A DNA stretch of 64,000 nt from the human T2T-CHM13v2.0 reference genome, Homo sapiens. Below, piece after piece: positions 1 to 12,876 of the stretch. The stretch lies in the NCBI RefSeq assembly GCF_009914755.1, contig NC_060939.1, one strand, 5' to 3'. The translations under genes and the position numbers were made by a program. The stretch's first letter is position 1, and each line of letters begins with the position of its first letter. The notes under the pieces are model-generated. The model searched no databases, was not told the origin of the DNA, and saw nothing but the letters and a program-made list of their open reading frames with translations.

Positions 1-462
1 AAATGATTAAAGGAACATCACTACAGATCCTCTAGTTCTTAAAAGATTTATGCCACTAACTTTGAAAATTTAGAAGAATGAAAATATTTCTGTTAAAAAA
101 TCAACTTACCAAAAAAAAAAAAACCCAAGAAGAAATAGAAAACATAATTACCTAATGATTAAAGGAACTGAAACCATCATTAAAACCAAAGAAAATTCCA
201 AATCATATATATTCATCAGTGAGTTCTTAACCATTCCAGAAGAAATATTTTCAACCTAAAACTCTTTTGGGAAATAAATATGTTACTTCCCCAATTATTT
301 TTATACTGTCAGAATAACCTTGATACCACCTATTAAGGATGAGAAAAAAATTAAGAGAAATGGAATAAGAACACAATATAAATAGAAATTTATAGAAAAG
401 ATAAATATGTAATGAGAAAGTAAGGTTTAAACATTTAATATTGATTTAACATCAAACATCTT

Positions 463-975
463 TTGTGCACTACTTCAAATCCTCTGGCCCTACCTTTTAC
501 TCCAACCGTTGTTAGGGAGACAGTGCCACACAGGCTTTAATCATATTTGCATAGCTGCAACCTGACAGCACCTCACCTCAGCCTTGGATATTTTTTCTTG
601 CTTCCTGATTTTTTTCTGACGCTTCAATGTGAGGTGCTTGTGGGAACCTACTGGCACTCATCTTGTACCACATGAAAGTGAAGGAGTTAATATTTTGGGT
701 GGCATTTTTTCCAATGAGAGGTCCCCTTTGGAGGATTGATAAATACTTGGTCCTTTCATCCCCTCAGTGGATGTAAATTCATCAGGCTTCTCAGAATGCT
801 CAATGGGATTGAGCATCAGTTACCCTTAGAGGTGGCCAACTTGATAGGGCATCCTTGTATAGCGTATTCTCTATTGCCTCCAGGGCATCCTTGGACAGGC
901 TATTCTCCTGTTTCATTTCCTTATCACTTCATTTCCCTTTCAATTCCCCTAGTATTCTTTGGGGGAAAACAGAAT
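463..975 (+). mobile_element. ERVL LTR16-like solo LTR
   Basis: Contains the 'ggagttaa...ccaatgag...gataaatac' core typical of LTR16, inserted between L1 ORF2 pieces. Confidence 0.55.
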
Positions 976-1099
976 ACTAATGTAATTTGCTCTATTAACA
1001 GATTAAAGGAGAAAAAAAATCATATGAAAATCTCAATAGACATAGTAAAATATAGAATTCAGCATCTATTCATGATAAAAACTTTAAAAAATCTATAAC

Positions 1100-2368
<1,269 letters not shown>

Positions 2369-2482
2369 CTGGAAAACAAACCATAAATAGGAGAAACTTC
2401 CTTATCCTGATTAACATATTGGTGATCAAATGTTGAAAGCTTTGATGTTGTAGAAAGCATTTTAATTTTTCTCTTAATTTCA

Positions 2483-2990
2483 TAGTCCAGTCAGGAAAAA
2501 GAAAACCATTCTAGGTATTTTGATAGGGCAATTAAATGCAGGGAAATGATTACATGGGCGACAGAATAGTTAAGCCAAAGAGGGGATAGTGGACTTTACC
2601 AGAGATTAGCGACAGCTGGACCTCCGTAGGCTGGAGGGATGTAGGAAGAAGGTACTATTACCAGAGACCAGATGCTGAGTTGTTCAGATAGAAGATAGAA
2701 CCATGACAGCACGGGAATCACAGAGGGAGGGGCTGTGCCTTTCAGGAGCTGCAAACCAAAAAGAGACTTAGCTGCTGTCAGACATTGCTCTAAACTGGGG
2801 TGACAAAAACATTTCCTGCCCCCTTTCTAATCTTCCTCCGGTACCTCTTCTTGGTCCCACTCAACTAGAAACCAGAGGACAAGAGAGAATCTGTCAATAT
2901 AATTCATAAACTTTGTTTTACTGGCGTATACAGTAAGGTAAAGGATGGCCAGTAGATCTGGAAGGGAAACAAAAACTATGCAACACAGAA
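2483..2990 (-). mobile_element. Ancient ERVL-class LTR fragment (subfamily uncertain)
   Basis: 'agtccagtcaggaaaaagaaaaccattctaggtattt...aaatgcagggaaatgattaca' resembles the antisense 3' end of old ERVL LTRs. Confidence 0.4.
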
Positions 2991-3029
2991 GAAATAATGA
3001 AAAGTCAAAGCAACTGGTTGTGCATAGGC

Positions 3030-3200
3030 AGGTGGGAGAAGCACTTAGGTGCCTTCTGAGGTGCTGGTAATATTCTATTTCTTGCCTTAATTTGTGGTTA
3101 CATTGGTGTTTGCTTTATAATTGTCTTTAAATATCACATGTATCTTAGCATCTCTTTTGTATGATACATCTCATGAAAAGTACAAAATAGAAAAAAATCA
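3030..3200 (+). mobile_element. L1ME-type 3' end fragment
   Basis: 'ttctgaggtgctggtaatattctatttcttg...gtggttaca' motif. Confidence 0.6.
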
Positions 3201-3879
3201 TAGACTTAAAGAACTGAAAAATTTAGGATTAACTTTGTTTTTTTATTCAGAGGTTCAAATGCTGCCAACAAGGCTTATCTCTGTCATCTGACTATCCTCA
3301 GGGTGGCTGTAGAAATCTCACTTTTCCCCATACTGATTGTTTTTCCCTCTCTCTTTCCTCCAGAAACTTCAGTAAATATTTAATTGGCTCTCTCTGTATA
3401 GTATGTTCATTGCTGGGCAATGAATGTACGATATGGAGAAAAACAGAAAATGAGTGAGATAGAAAATAGGCTCTCTATAGATTTGTGTTTCTGTTCTGAA
3501 CTCTGACAAGTTATTCTTAAACAATAGTCACTAGTTGACTTCAGGAGCTATTATCAAATAATTATGTATGTTACAGAATAAGTTTCTCTAAATTGTCTAT
3601 TTTCCCCTTTTCACCCCAGCCACCTTAAAAAGCTACTGTATCTGGCTCTGAAAGAGATAAAAGATGTAAGCTAGCTCTAAGGGGGAGGCTCGGTGGATGA
3701 GTGCTGGTAACTGTGCTGTGTAGCATCGACACAAGACACGACACTGTGGCTTACTGCATATATAAATAAAAATTTCAGATATTTAAAACACTTCTACCTA
3801 ATCACTTCTTTTGAACAAAAAGGCATATGTATGCTTAATTTCTATATCTTCATATATGTTTATTAAACTTTGCTTTGAA

Positions 3880-4174
3880 GGCTGGGCGCGGTGGCTCAAG
3901 TCTGTAATCCCAGCACTTTGGGAGGCCGAGGTGGGCAGATCATTGAGGCTAGGAGTTTGAGACCAGCCTGGGCTATGTGGAGAAACCCTGTCTCTACTAA
4001 AAATATAAAAATTAGCCTAGTGTGGTGGAGTGCACCTGTAATCCCAGCTAACTGGAGAAGCTGAGGCATGGGAATCACTTGAACCTAGCAGGTGGAGGTT
4101 GCAGTGAGCTGAGATCACGCAATTGCACTCCAGCCTACACGGCATGGTGAGACTGTCTCAAAGCAAACAAACAA
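3880..4174 (+). mobile_element. Alu (older AluS/J type)
   Basis: Full dimer with a perfect 15 bp TSD aaactttgctttgaa at 3865-3879 and 4175-4189. Confidence 0.97.
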
Positions 4175-4256
4175 AAACTTTGCTTTGAAACATACGTTGA
4201 AAAGGTTTTAAAATTGTAAATTTAATTGTTGAATACATTTAGTCAACTTCATCTGA

Positions 4257-5107
4257 GTGATGAACACAGGCATGCACTCTCCAGGTCTCACTTGGAGGAA
4301 GGACTCGTTGCCCCAGCTGCTGGGAGTGCTGTCAGCAGACTTTTCAGCTGTCAGCCCTTTCAGGGATTGTCTCAGCCATAAAGAGCCACCCTTCTCAACG
4401 TCGTGTCTCTTTCTGGGTGATATGATGGTTAATTTTTATATGTCAACGTGGCTAGCCCATGGTACTCAGATATTTGGTCTAATATTCTGTTTCTGAAGAT
4501 ATTTTTTTTAAGATGAGATTAACTAGACCTTGAGTAAAGCAGATTACCCATTATAATGTGAATCTCATCCAATCAGTTGAAACCCTTAGAAAGAGTGACC
4601 TCCCTGGAAGAAGGAGGGATTTTTTCCAACAAATAGTCTTTCAACTCAAACCGTAACCCTTTCCTGGGTCTCCAGCCTGCAAACCAACTGGGAGATTTTG
4701 GATTTTGCCAGCATCTGCAATAAAGTAATCGATTCCTTAAATTAAATCTCTGTATCTCTTTTTCTGTATATATAGCATACGTGTAGGTATACATTCTGTT
4801 CTGTTTCTCTGGAGAACCCTGACTAATGCAGGTGGCCTACATTCAGTGATGAATCGAGGTGAGAGTATGAAGACCAAGCCATTTTGGCTCAACTTGGGAC
4901 AGCTCTGCCAGGTCTTTCCCTCTCCTGAGCTCCCTCCAGAACTCCAGGTGGCTGAGGCTGCTGGTGAGTTCAACTTCTCCCTCTGTCCACTCTAGCTTTC
5001 TTACCCTTTCTTCTACCTGTGTTGATCCCATGAGCACTCCCTAAAAAACATACCGAATACTAAACTCTAAAGAAGAGTCTGCTTCTTTGGGAACCCAACT
5101 TACAACA
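4257..5107 (+). mobile_element. ERVL LTR16-like solo LTR, split by MLT2
   Basis: 5' part 'ccccagctgctgggagtgctg'; 3' end 'gtctgcttctttgggaacccaacttacaaca'. Confidence 0.7.
4421..4830 (+). mobile_element. MLT2 (ERVL) solo LTR
   Basis: Starts 'tatgatggttaattttta..tgtcaac' and ends 'tctgtttctctggagaaccctgactaatgca'. 5 bp TSD ggtga/ggtgg. Confidence 0.9.
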
Positions 5108-5350
5108 AAAGGAAATGGAATGTATGAGGGAAATATATGAGGACCTTCCTATTCTTCGTGAAAATAAATATTCCAGATTCTTGAAGAAAGACACAAAAGG
5201 CAAGGCCTGGGCTGAAAAGCAAGGTGATTCTGATGGGAGTTCCCCAGAGAACTTCCGTAATTTGGAAATAGAAAGAAATAAGGGTTGGAGAATTTTATCA
5301 TGGTGCTAATAATTTCCATTAGGGTAGCAGACAGTATTCTTAGCCTTGCC

Positions 5351-5471
5351 TCCCATGCCTCAGCCTCTCGAGTTAGCTGGGATTACAGGCGCACGCCACC
5401 ACACCGGGCTAATTTTTATATTTTTAGTAGAGACAGGGTTTCTCCATGTAGCCCAGGCTGGTCTCAAACTC
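5351..5471 (-). mobile_element. Internal Alu fragment (both ends missing)
   Basis: 'cctcagcct...gctgggattacaggcgcacgccacc...tttttagtagagacagggtt...ggctggtctcaaactc'; no poly(A) tail. Confidence 0.9.
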
Positions 5472-6108
5472 AGCTACCTCTGAAGTTTTGGGAAAGAGAA
5501 TAGCTTGGACAGAGAGAGTCACAGAATAAGAAAGAAGCAATGGACTGTCCAGGTGAGACATCAGGGCATGTCTCCAGTAGGAGATGGAATGGAAAGTGTC
5601 ATAGCTTTGAGGAAGAAAATGAGAAGTATTTTGTATATACTTTATATACGCACATATATATACTTTATATATATATGTCTGTATAATATATATTTTTATG
5701 TTAATATATAAATGTATATATTATTGTATTTATGCTTTTTTGGTAGGAAGTTGGTACAAACTTGCCTTGAAGTATGTTTGTCAACTCTTCTTCACCCCTA
5801 CTTCCTTTCCCTTCTCTACCTCTTTTTCCAATACACCAGGGACGAATTCAAGTGATATGTTCACACTCTAATCCATGACCTTTTATAAGCTATAGCATGT
5901 GCTTTTAAAGGTTAAGCTTTCTTTTGTCCTGTGATTACACAACTAATTCTAGTTAACCACTCAGAAAATAAGCTGAAAGTGATGCAACTTCATTTAGCTT
6001 ATATGATGGTATTTGAGTCCTCACCGAATGCACAAGTTTTGCTATTGTTGACATATTTGTTTCTTTTACAAAGCTAAGATTTTTCTTTTGAAATCCTTCC
6101 TTTGCTTC

Positions 6109-6196
6109 TCTCCTTGCTGCCTCTCCTCTCCTTGCTGCCTTTCCTCTCCTTGCTGCCTTTCCTCTCCTTGCTGCCTTTCCTCTCCTTGCTGCCTTT
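6109..6196. repeat. 18-bp minisatellite (tctccttgctgcctttcc) x ~5
   Basis: Tandem copies start at 6109, 6127, 6145, 6163 and 6181. Confidence 0.95.
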
Positions 6197-6518
6197 TTCT
6201 TTCTCTTTTTCTTTTTCTTTTTTCTTTTCTTTCTTTGTTCTTTTTTCTTTCTCTTTTCTTTTTCTTTCTCTTTTTCTTTTTCTTTTCTTTCTCTTTTTTC
6301 TCTTTTTCTTTCTCTTTTTTCTCTTTTTCTTTCTCTTTTTCTCTTTTTCTTTCTCTTTTTCTCTTTTTCTTTCTCTTTTTCTTTCTCTTTTTCTTTTTCT
6401 TTTTTTCTCTTTCTTTTTCTCTTTTCTTTTTCTTTCTTTTCTCTTTCTTTTTTCTTTTTCTCTTTTTTCTCCTTTCTCTTTTCTCTCTTCTCTTTTTTCT
6501 CTTTATCTTTTTCTTTCT
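6193..6518. repeat. ~325 bp polypyrimidine (CT/CTTT-type) low-complexity tract
   Basis: Nearly pure C/T on the + strand; abuts the tail end of a minus-strand Alu. Confidence 0.95.
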
Positions 6519-6800
6519 GACAGTCTTGCTCCGTTGCTCAGGCTGGAATGCAGTGGCACCATCTCTGCTCATTGAAACCTCCACTTCTCAGGTTCAAGTG
6601 ATTCTCCTGCCTCAGCCTCTTGAGTAGGTGGGATTACAGGTGGCCACCACCAACCCTGGGTAATTTTTGTATTTTTAGTAGAGATGGGGTTTCACTGTGT
6701 TGGTTAGGCCAGGCTGGTCTTGAACTCCTGGACTCAAGTGATTCACCTGCCTCAACCTCCCTAAGTGCTGAGATTACATGTGTGAACCATCAAGCCTGGC
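6519..6800 (-). mobile_element. Alu (AluJb/older S type)
   Basis: Antisense dimer ending 'aagcctggc'; contains 'gaactcctggactcaagtgat'. Confidence 0.95.
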
Positions 6801-6932
6801 TAATTATTTTCTGTTGTTTAACTTGGTGGATGTATTTTTTGTTCATTTCATGAAGAAACGAAATATAATACAGCAAGATAGTTTGCTGTCTTGATAAAAA
6901 TTTAATGAAATAGGATCATTCTTTAAGAATTA

Positions 6933-7261
<329 letters not shown>

Positions 7262-8069
7262 TCAGGAAGAAGAAATGGGAGCTTTTCCTAGTTTTTCTTT
7301 CATAGAAGCGTATTCAAACTTTTATTCCTCAGCCCCGTCTACCCTTTTTCTCTCTCTCTACCCCAAACCATGGTAAGGAGAACCCAGATCTTAGGAACAG
7401 TGGTTCTGGATTTGATTTGATTTCTTTTAAAAGAGGGATTGACAGACTTTAGAAAATTCTTACCTTCAGTGGATGGAAGGTGGGTGTTACACTGTTGGCT
7501 GGAAAGAGGCATGAGACAGCTCTCTAGTGTGATGGCTCTATATTTTTATCTGGGTGATTTCTGCACAAGAGTATACAAATTTAAAACATCACTGAGCTTA
7601 GCTATACACTCAATATATCCTATAAAATAATGTCAGATGATATGCTTTAGAAGTTATAACCATCAGAAAACATTTATCCGTCGAGTAGCAACGTTAAAAG
7701 GAAGATTGCTATCAGTTCATTAATATGTGGAAAAGGAAAAAAAAGCAAATCAAATAAAGTTTCGTTTCTTTTTCTTTCCATGTTTACTTCCTACAGTTGG
7801 ATACTTGCATTGTCAACTTGGCAGCGTGAAGAGATTGACGTTTTTAGTGGTTAAGAAGGACAAGTCAGAAATCAGTCCAACAGATTGAAACTCTGTGTTC
7901 ATTTTTGTGTTTGAATTTGTTCCAAGAAAATTTCCAGTTTTTCTCCTCTGTAGCTCAAAGTCAATTATACAAGTCAGTCCCCGTTCATATTCATCAGTGA
8001 CGTTGGCTTTTCACTGATATTGTAGCCAGCCCCCTCTGGTAAGCCCCTATTTATAATGACTCTGTTGGA

Positions 8070-8072
<3 letters not shown>

Positions 8073-8100
<28 letters not shown>

Positions 8101-8383
8101 GAGATGGAGTCTCACTGTGTTGCCCAGGCTGGAGTGCAGTGGTGTGATGTCGGCTCACTGCAAACTCCGCTTCCCGGGTCACACCATTCTCCTGCCTCAG
8201 CCTCCCGAGTAGTTGGGACTACAGGTGCTCACCACCACACCTGGCTAATTTTTTTTTGTATTTTTAGTAGGGACAAGGTTTCACCGTGTTAGCCAGGATG
8301 GTCTCAATCTCGTGACCTCGTAATCCACCCACCTTGGCCTCTCAAAGTGCTGGGATTACAGGTGTGAGCCACTGCGCCCGGCC
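8073..8383 (-). mobile_element. Alu (AluY-like)
   Basis: T28 tail; 'caccgtgttagccaggatggtctc'. TSD tctgttggac(a/t)attt at 8061 and 8384. Confidence 0.97.
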
Positions 8384-8781
8384 TCTGTTGGACTATTTTG
8401 CTGACTTTTAGGGTTCTATTGTGAAGTTTCTGGCCCAGCTTGGTTATATTCTTGATGTATGAGATTTGTTTCTTCTTGGCCAGTGGCCAATTTCTTAGAC
8501 ATTCTTAAGATATATATTTTTTTGGTTGTTGCTGAGTTAGCAAGCTGTCTTACTTGGAATTAGCCTAAGCCACCATGGGGCCCTTTTGAACACTACCAAT
8601 TTAGGACTCGAATTCCTCTGCTCCAGAAGGAGTGGATATGGGTACAATTTGCTGAAAATTTAACTATTGATATGTGACCTTGGCTTTCAGAAATCTTCCA
8701 TTTATGTCAAGAATGGAAAGAAGAGATTACAAATGAGAAGTAGATTATCGCAAAAGAGGCCGTTGTTAAACAGCCTAGGCT

Positions 8782-11700
8782 TGTCATTGGTAGAGTACCC
8801 TGGGAAACAGACTCCAAGACTGTAACATTTGTATGCAGAAGGTTTATTGGAGAATGCTCTTGGGAACACCTGTAAAGGGGCATAGAAAGCAGGACTGTCA
8901 CTGGGAAAAGTTGAATAGTGATACAGTTACAACACCAGTCTCAATAACAGGAGAAACTCTGTAGCTGGGATGGTCTTTCAGAGAAGTCCCAAACTGTGGC
9001 AAAGAGACCAGGACATTGTGCCCCTGCCTGGGTAATCTGTAGAGTGAATGCCATCTTGACCAAAGCAGATTCCATTAGCAAGTGTAATTCCCAAACAGAA
9101 TACAACTGTGAGCCTATGGTAGCAACCACATTTCCAGTATCTAGGGAAATGCATGCCTTGGTTTTGATCCACTTGGTTTGTGCCACTTGGACTCACTTTG
9201 TATAGTAAATTCATATCACTTGTGAAAGAGCTTCTCCAGGATTCTTTTCTGTTTCTTTCCTGGAGAAACTTATAAAAGGAAAATTAGTGGGATAAACTAC
9301 AGCTCCTGCAGCTAGAGATGATCTTGACAATCCCACGGACAGTCATCATCTCACTCTTCTAATACTCATTTTTAGAAATTCCTCACCCTTGGTTAGCACG
9401 TCTTTTGGTCGAGATGGTTTACTAAAGGGTGAGATTACTAAATCTTACTAAGGCTTAATAAAGGTCAAGATGGCTTACTAAAGGCCCTAATTCATGGGCA
9501 ATAGAAGATGGCTTTGTTGGTTATTCAGAGGCCTAGCAGGAGAAAGATGGAAAGATCAGGGAAAAAGAGATCTGGGGAAGATGCATGTAGGAGGACTTAA
9601 AGTAGTTGGCATGAAAGGTGAAGATCTTTGTGTTGCAGAAGTGAGTTAATAGCTAAGTAGGCAGAGTGACTTGGTTAACATCAACCAACTTATGTCAGTG
9701 GTTACTCATGTGCTTGGGGACTTGAAGGAGTAGCCATGATGGCAGGGGTGGAGGGTATGTATGGTCCCAACAGCACGGGCTCCTGCTCACCAATTTTAAT
9801 TAGCTTCTGCTGCCACCATATTCCCAACCTGCCAGCAAGAAAGATTAGTGCTAGGCCCCGGACATGGTCTCATCCCTTGAGGAAATAAAATAGTAACTTG
9901 GTAGCAACAATAACATGAGACCACTTCTACCATGGAAGGAACAGTGATCCACTGTGACTCTAATTGAGAGATACTGTAGGCATGAGTTTTTTTTTTCTAT
10001 TTAGGGCCTCAGCCAGCAGCAAGATCTTTGAACACAAAGAGTATTTCATCGTAACATTATCCCAGACCAAGGGACTGATGTAACAGCAAAAGAGATGTGG
10101 CCATAGGCATATGGCTATGAGATTCACTGTTCCTATTACCTACCACATCACTCAGAACCTGATGGCTTGACCAATGGAAAAAATAGCTTAGGATGCAGCT
10201 GAGGAGCCAGTATGGAGATGATATCTTGTAAGAATAGGATGGCATTTCTCAGACTGCAGTATATACCCTAAATTAATGACCATTACCTGGCACAATGTCC
10301 GGCAATGAACCAAAAGGTAGAATCTATGGACTTTGGAAACCCAGGAGTCTAAGTAGGAGTAGTTGCACTTACTTTCACTCCCAGTGTCCACTTAGGGAAT
10401 TTGTGCTTCCTGTTCTGCAAGTGAGGAAGGTTCTACAAGTTTGGGGGTCCTGGTTACTAGAGTGGAAGCATTTCTGTCAGGGGATGCTGCAAAAATACTA
10501 ATAAAGCTATGGCTACTGACCAGACATTTCAGGCCCACACCAAGAAAAGAGGAGGCAAGGAAAGGAGTCATTATCCTGGCAGACATAGTTGACCATAATC
10601 ACCAGGAGGAGGTAAGGCTGATTTTACAAGGGGCAGGAAAGAATGTGTGCTGATTCACTGGGGGAAATCTCATTGTACTGTACTGCCCAGTTTTGATGGT
10701 GAGTGAGCCATTAGCTATGGACTAAGAAGGAAATGATGACCAGGACTCATACTCCTCAGGGATGAGTGTCTTTAACACAAAGTAGTGGGCAGGCTATTTT
10801 TGCAGGCCCACAAATCTTAGATGGATCAAGGCATTCAAGATTTTTGAGTGCCTTGACCCAGATGTCCTCATTCCATGTGTCTTGGTTGACTGTTTCTCAA
10901 TCAAGCCCTGATCTTGAAGTAGACTTGTTGAGGTTGAGAATTCAACTCTTTTTGGAGTTCTTTTACTCTTTCACTACAATTAAGATCTAGACCAGATCGT
11001 CATTTTGTCTTCTCACTGCCTGCAGGAGATAAGAGTCTCTTTATATGTTGTCAAGGAGAGCCTCTGGCTTCATGTTTTGTCTTAAATTAGTGATTAATGA
11101 TCCTCAGACTTCCATTGATTTCCTCAATGCAGTGAGTATACCCAGCAACAGCCAACTATTCTATAATCCATATAATAACTACTTCCCGTATACTTCTAAA
11201 ATGCCTCATATATTGCACTTGATAGTGCATTCCCTTCCCAATTAGTTCATGGCCCATGAAAGTTTTTAATGATTGCAGCACTACAGCAAACCAGGGGGAA
11301 TCTATACTCCTCTTACCACCAATGATGAAGTCTTCTTTGCCAGCTGGTCAGGGAGTGATCCAGATTAAGCATCCATTTTAGAGTCTGCTTTGTGGGGTCA
11401 ATTCCAGTATCAACTGTTGCAGATCAGGTTCCATGGGAAACAGACCCTGAAACATTGGAATTTTCATGCAGTATGTTTATTGGAAGTGCTCTCTAGATCC
11501 ACACATTTGAGGAAACAATGAATGCAGAATGGAACTTGGGAGAAACTGAGTGGCAATTCAGTTGCAATAGCAGCTTCAGCTAATCTCATGGGGAACTAAA
11601 AACCTAAGAATGATCCTTCAGAAATTTCCTGATTTAGGTAAAGGGCCAGAATTTTGTACTAGCACATCAATCAGTTACTGAATGTGGATTGTTCTGGGGA

Positions 11701-11855
11701 GGAAAAGTATCATTTGTGGCTTTCTTTAGCCAAAGGCAATGCTTGTATATGGACACAGATGCTAGCCATTAGTAGCCAACCCCACTTGTGGCTGGGAGAA
11801 TGAGCATCTTAATCCTGAAGGGGGATTTGAGTGGTATACCACAGCATCTACTACA
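8782..11855 (-). mobile_element. Decayed ERVL provirus: LTR16 (11415-11855, 5') - ERV3-16A3-like internal region - LTR16 (8782-~9170, 3'), internally deleted and inverted
   Basis: Two homologous LTRs ('gggaaacagac..tgcag..gtttattgga..tgctct'), with internal leader and 3' internal pieces adjoining them on the minus strand. Confidence 0.75.
9489..10770 (+). pseudogene. ERVL pol remnant (RNase H and integrase regions), inverted relative to its provirus
   Basis: From 9489: NSWAIEDGFVGYSEA*QEKDGKIREKEIWGRCM*EDL, resembling ERVL DSWAVANGLAGWSG.WK..DWKIGDKEIWGRGMW.DL. From 9735: HDGRGGGYVWSQQHGLLLT, resembling integrase HGGRDGGYAWAQQHGLPLT. Many stop codons. Confidence 0.85.
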
Positions 11856-12519
11856 AGTTTCATTGAAAATTAAGAGGTGCTATTCCAGAGACATAAAGGT
11901 ATAGTGCTACAAGGGGTGAAGAGTGTTGCTACTTTTTCTGTGATACTGTGTTTCTCAAAGTTGGAAGATCACACTATCAAGTTCTATAGGTACACTAGTA
12001 GACTTGAACCTGCTTAAAAACAACACCTTAGAAGTAGCTGAATCACAAGAATATTTGGCCACCTGTATATCTGTAACCTGGGTATTGTCTTGTGAGTCTT
12101 AATGTCCCCTATATGTAAGCTTGCCATAGAGAGTGAAACTGACAGCAGAGTTGTCTGACTTTGAATGCACCACACTGGATAGGCAGTGGCTAGTTGGGCT
12201 TGTAGGACCCTAGGGAGATCAACAGTGCTAGACAGAGAGGTCTTACCCCATAGTTGTCAGGCAGCTGTTTTCTCTGGAAGTTACACCCTGTGCTATTGAG
12301 CTGTGATCTTCGATTATCAGTCAGGATTTAATGTAAATAAAAGTAGACCTAACTCAAGGATCCGATGTACCAAAATTGGTAGAAAGTCTAAGTCATTGAT
12401 TTGGGGAATTGAATCATTGGTGATATACAAAGTAATATGATATTACTTCTACTTTGATGTGGTAGAGCAATTTATATTTATGTCATTAATATGATTTACC
12501 ATACTAAACTCTATTGTTT

Positions 12520-12876
12520 AAAATATTTGCTACTCCCCACTAAGGAAGGAGTTGATGTTAGGCCTGGCTATCTGAATTGCAGTAAAGTGAAATGGCCAAT
12601 GAGTGAAAATGATGGGTGTATCTTCTGAACAAGCAAGAGTCTTTGCTTGGTGTTTTACTTGCAGTTCTTTTACTTTTCCCACAAAATGAGAAATATTCCA
12701 GTTATGGGCTACTTCATCAGTCTAGAGCTTGATATAAAGACTCATGGAGCAAAGCCACAGCTGACCCATGATGAAATGGCAAAGTTGGGTGAGAAATCAA
12801 CCTCTGCTATTGTAAGAAACTGAGAATGTTTGAGGGTTTATTATGACAGCATAACCTACCTCAAACTGACTGATAC
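12520..12876 (+). mobile_element. Old MaLR LTR (MLT1I/J/K-like)
   Basis: 3' end 'gagaaatcaacctctgctattgtaag..ctgaga...cagcataaccta...ctgactgatac'. Confidence 0.7.

Noticed and set aside
6109-6196. Regular 18-bp repeats as a possible CRISPR-like array
   Set aside because: Units are directly tandem with no unique spacers, there are no cas genes, and the context is eukaryotic.
6066-6627. Long ORFs (172 aa K/R/E-rich on minus; 179 and 157 aa F/S/L-rich on plus)
   Set aside because: Artefacts of the stop-free C/T tract, the 18-mer repeat and the adjacent Alu.
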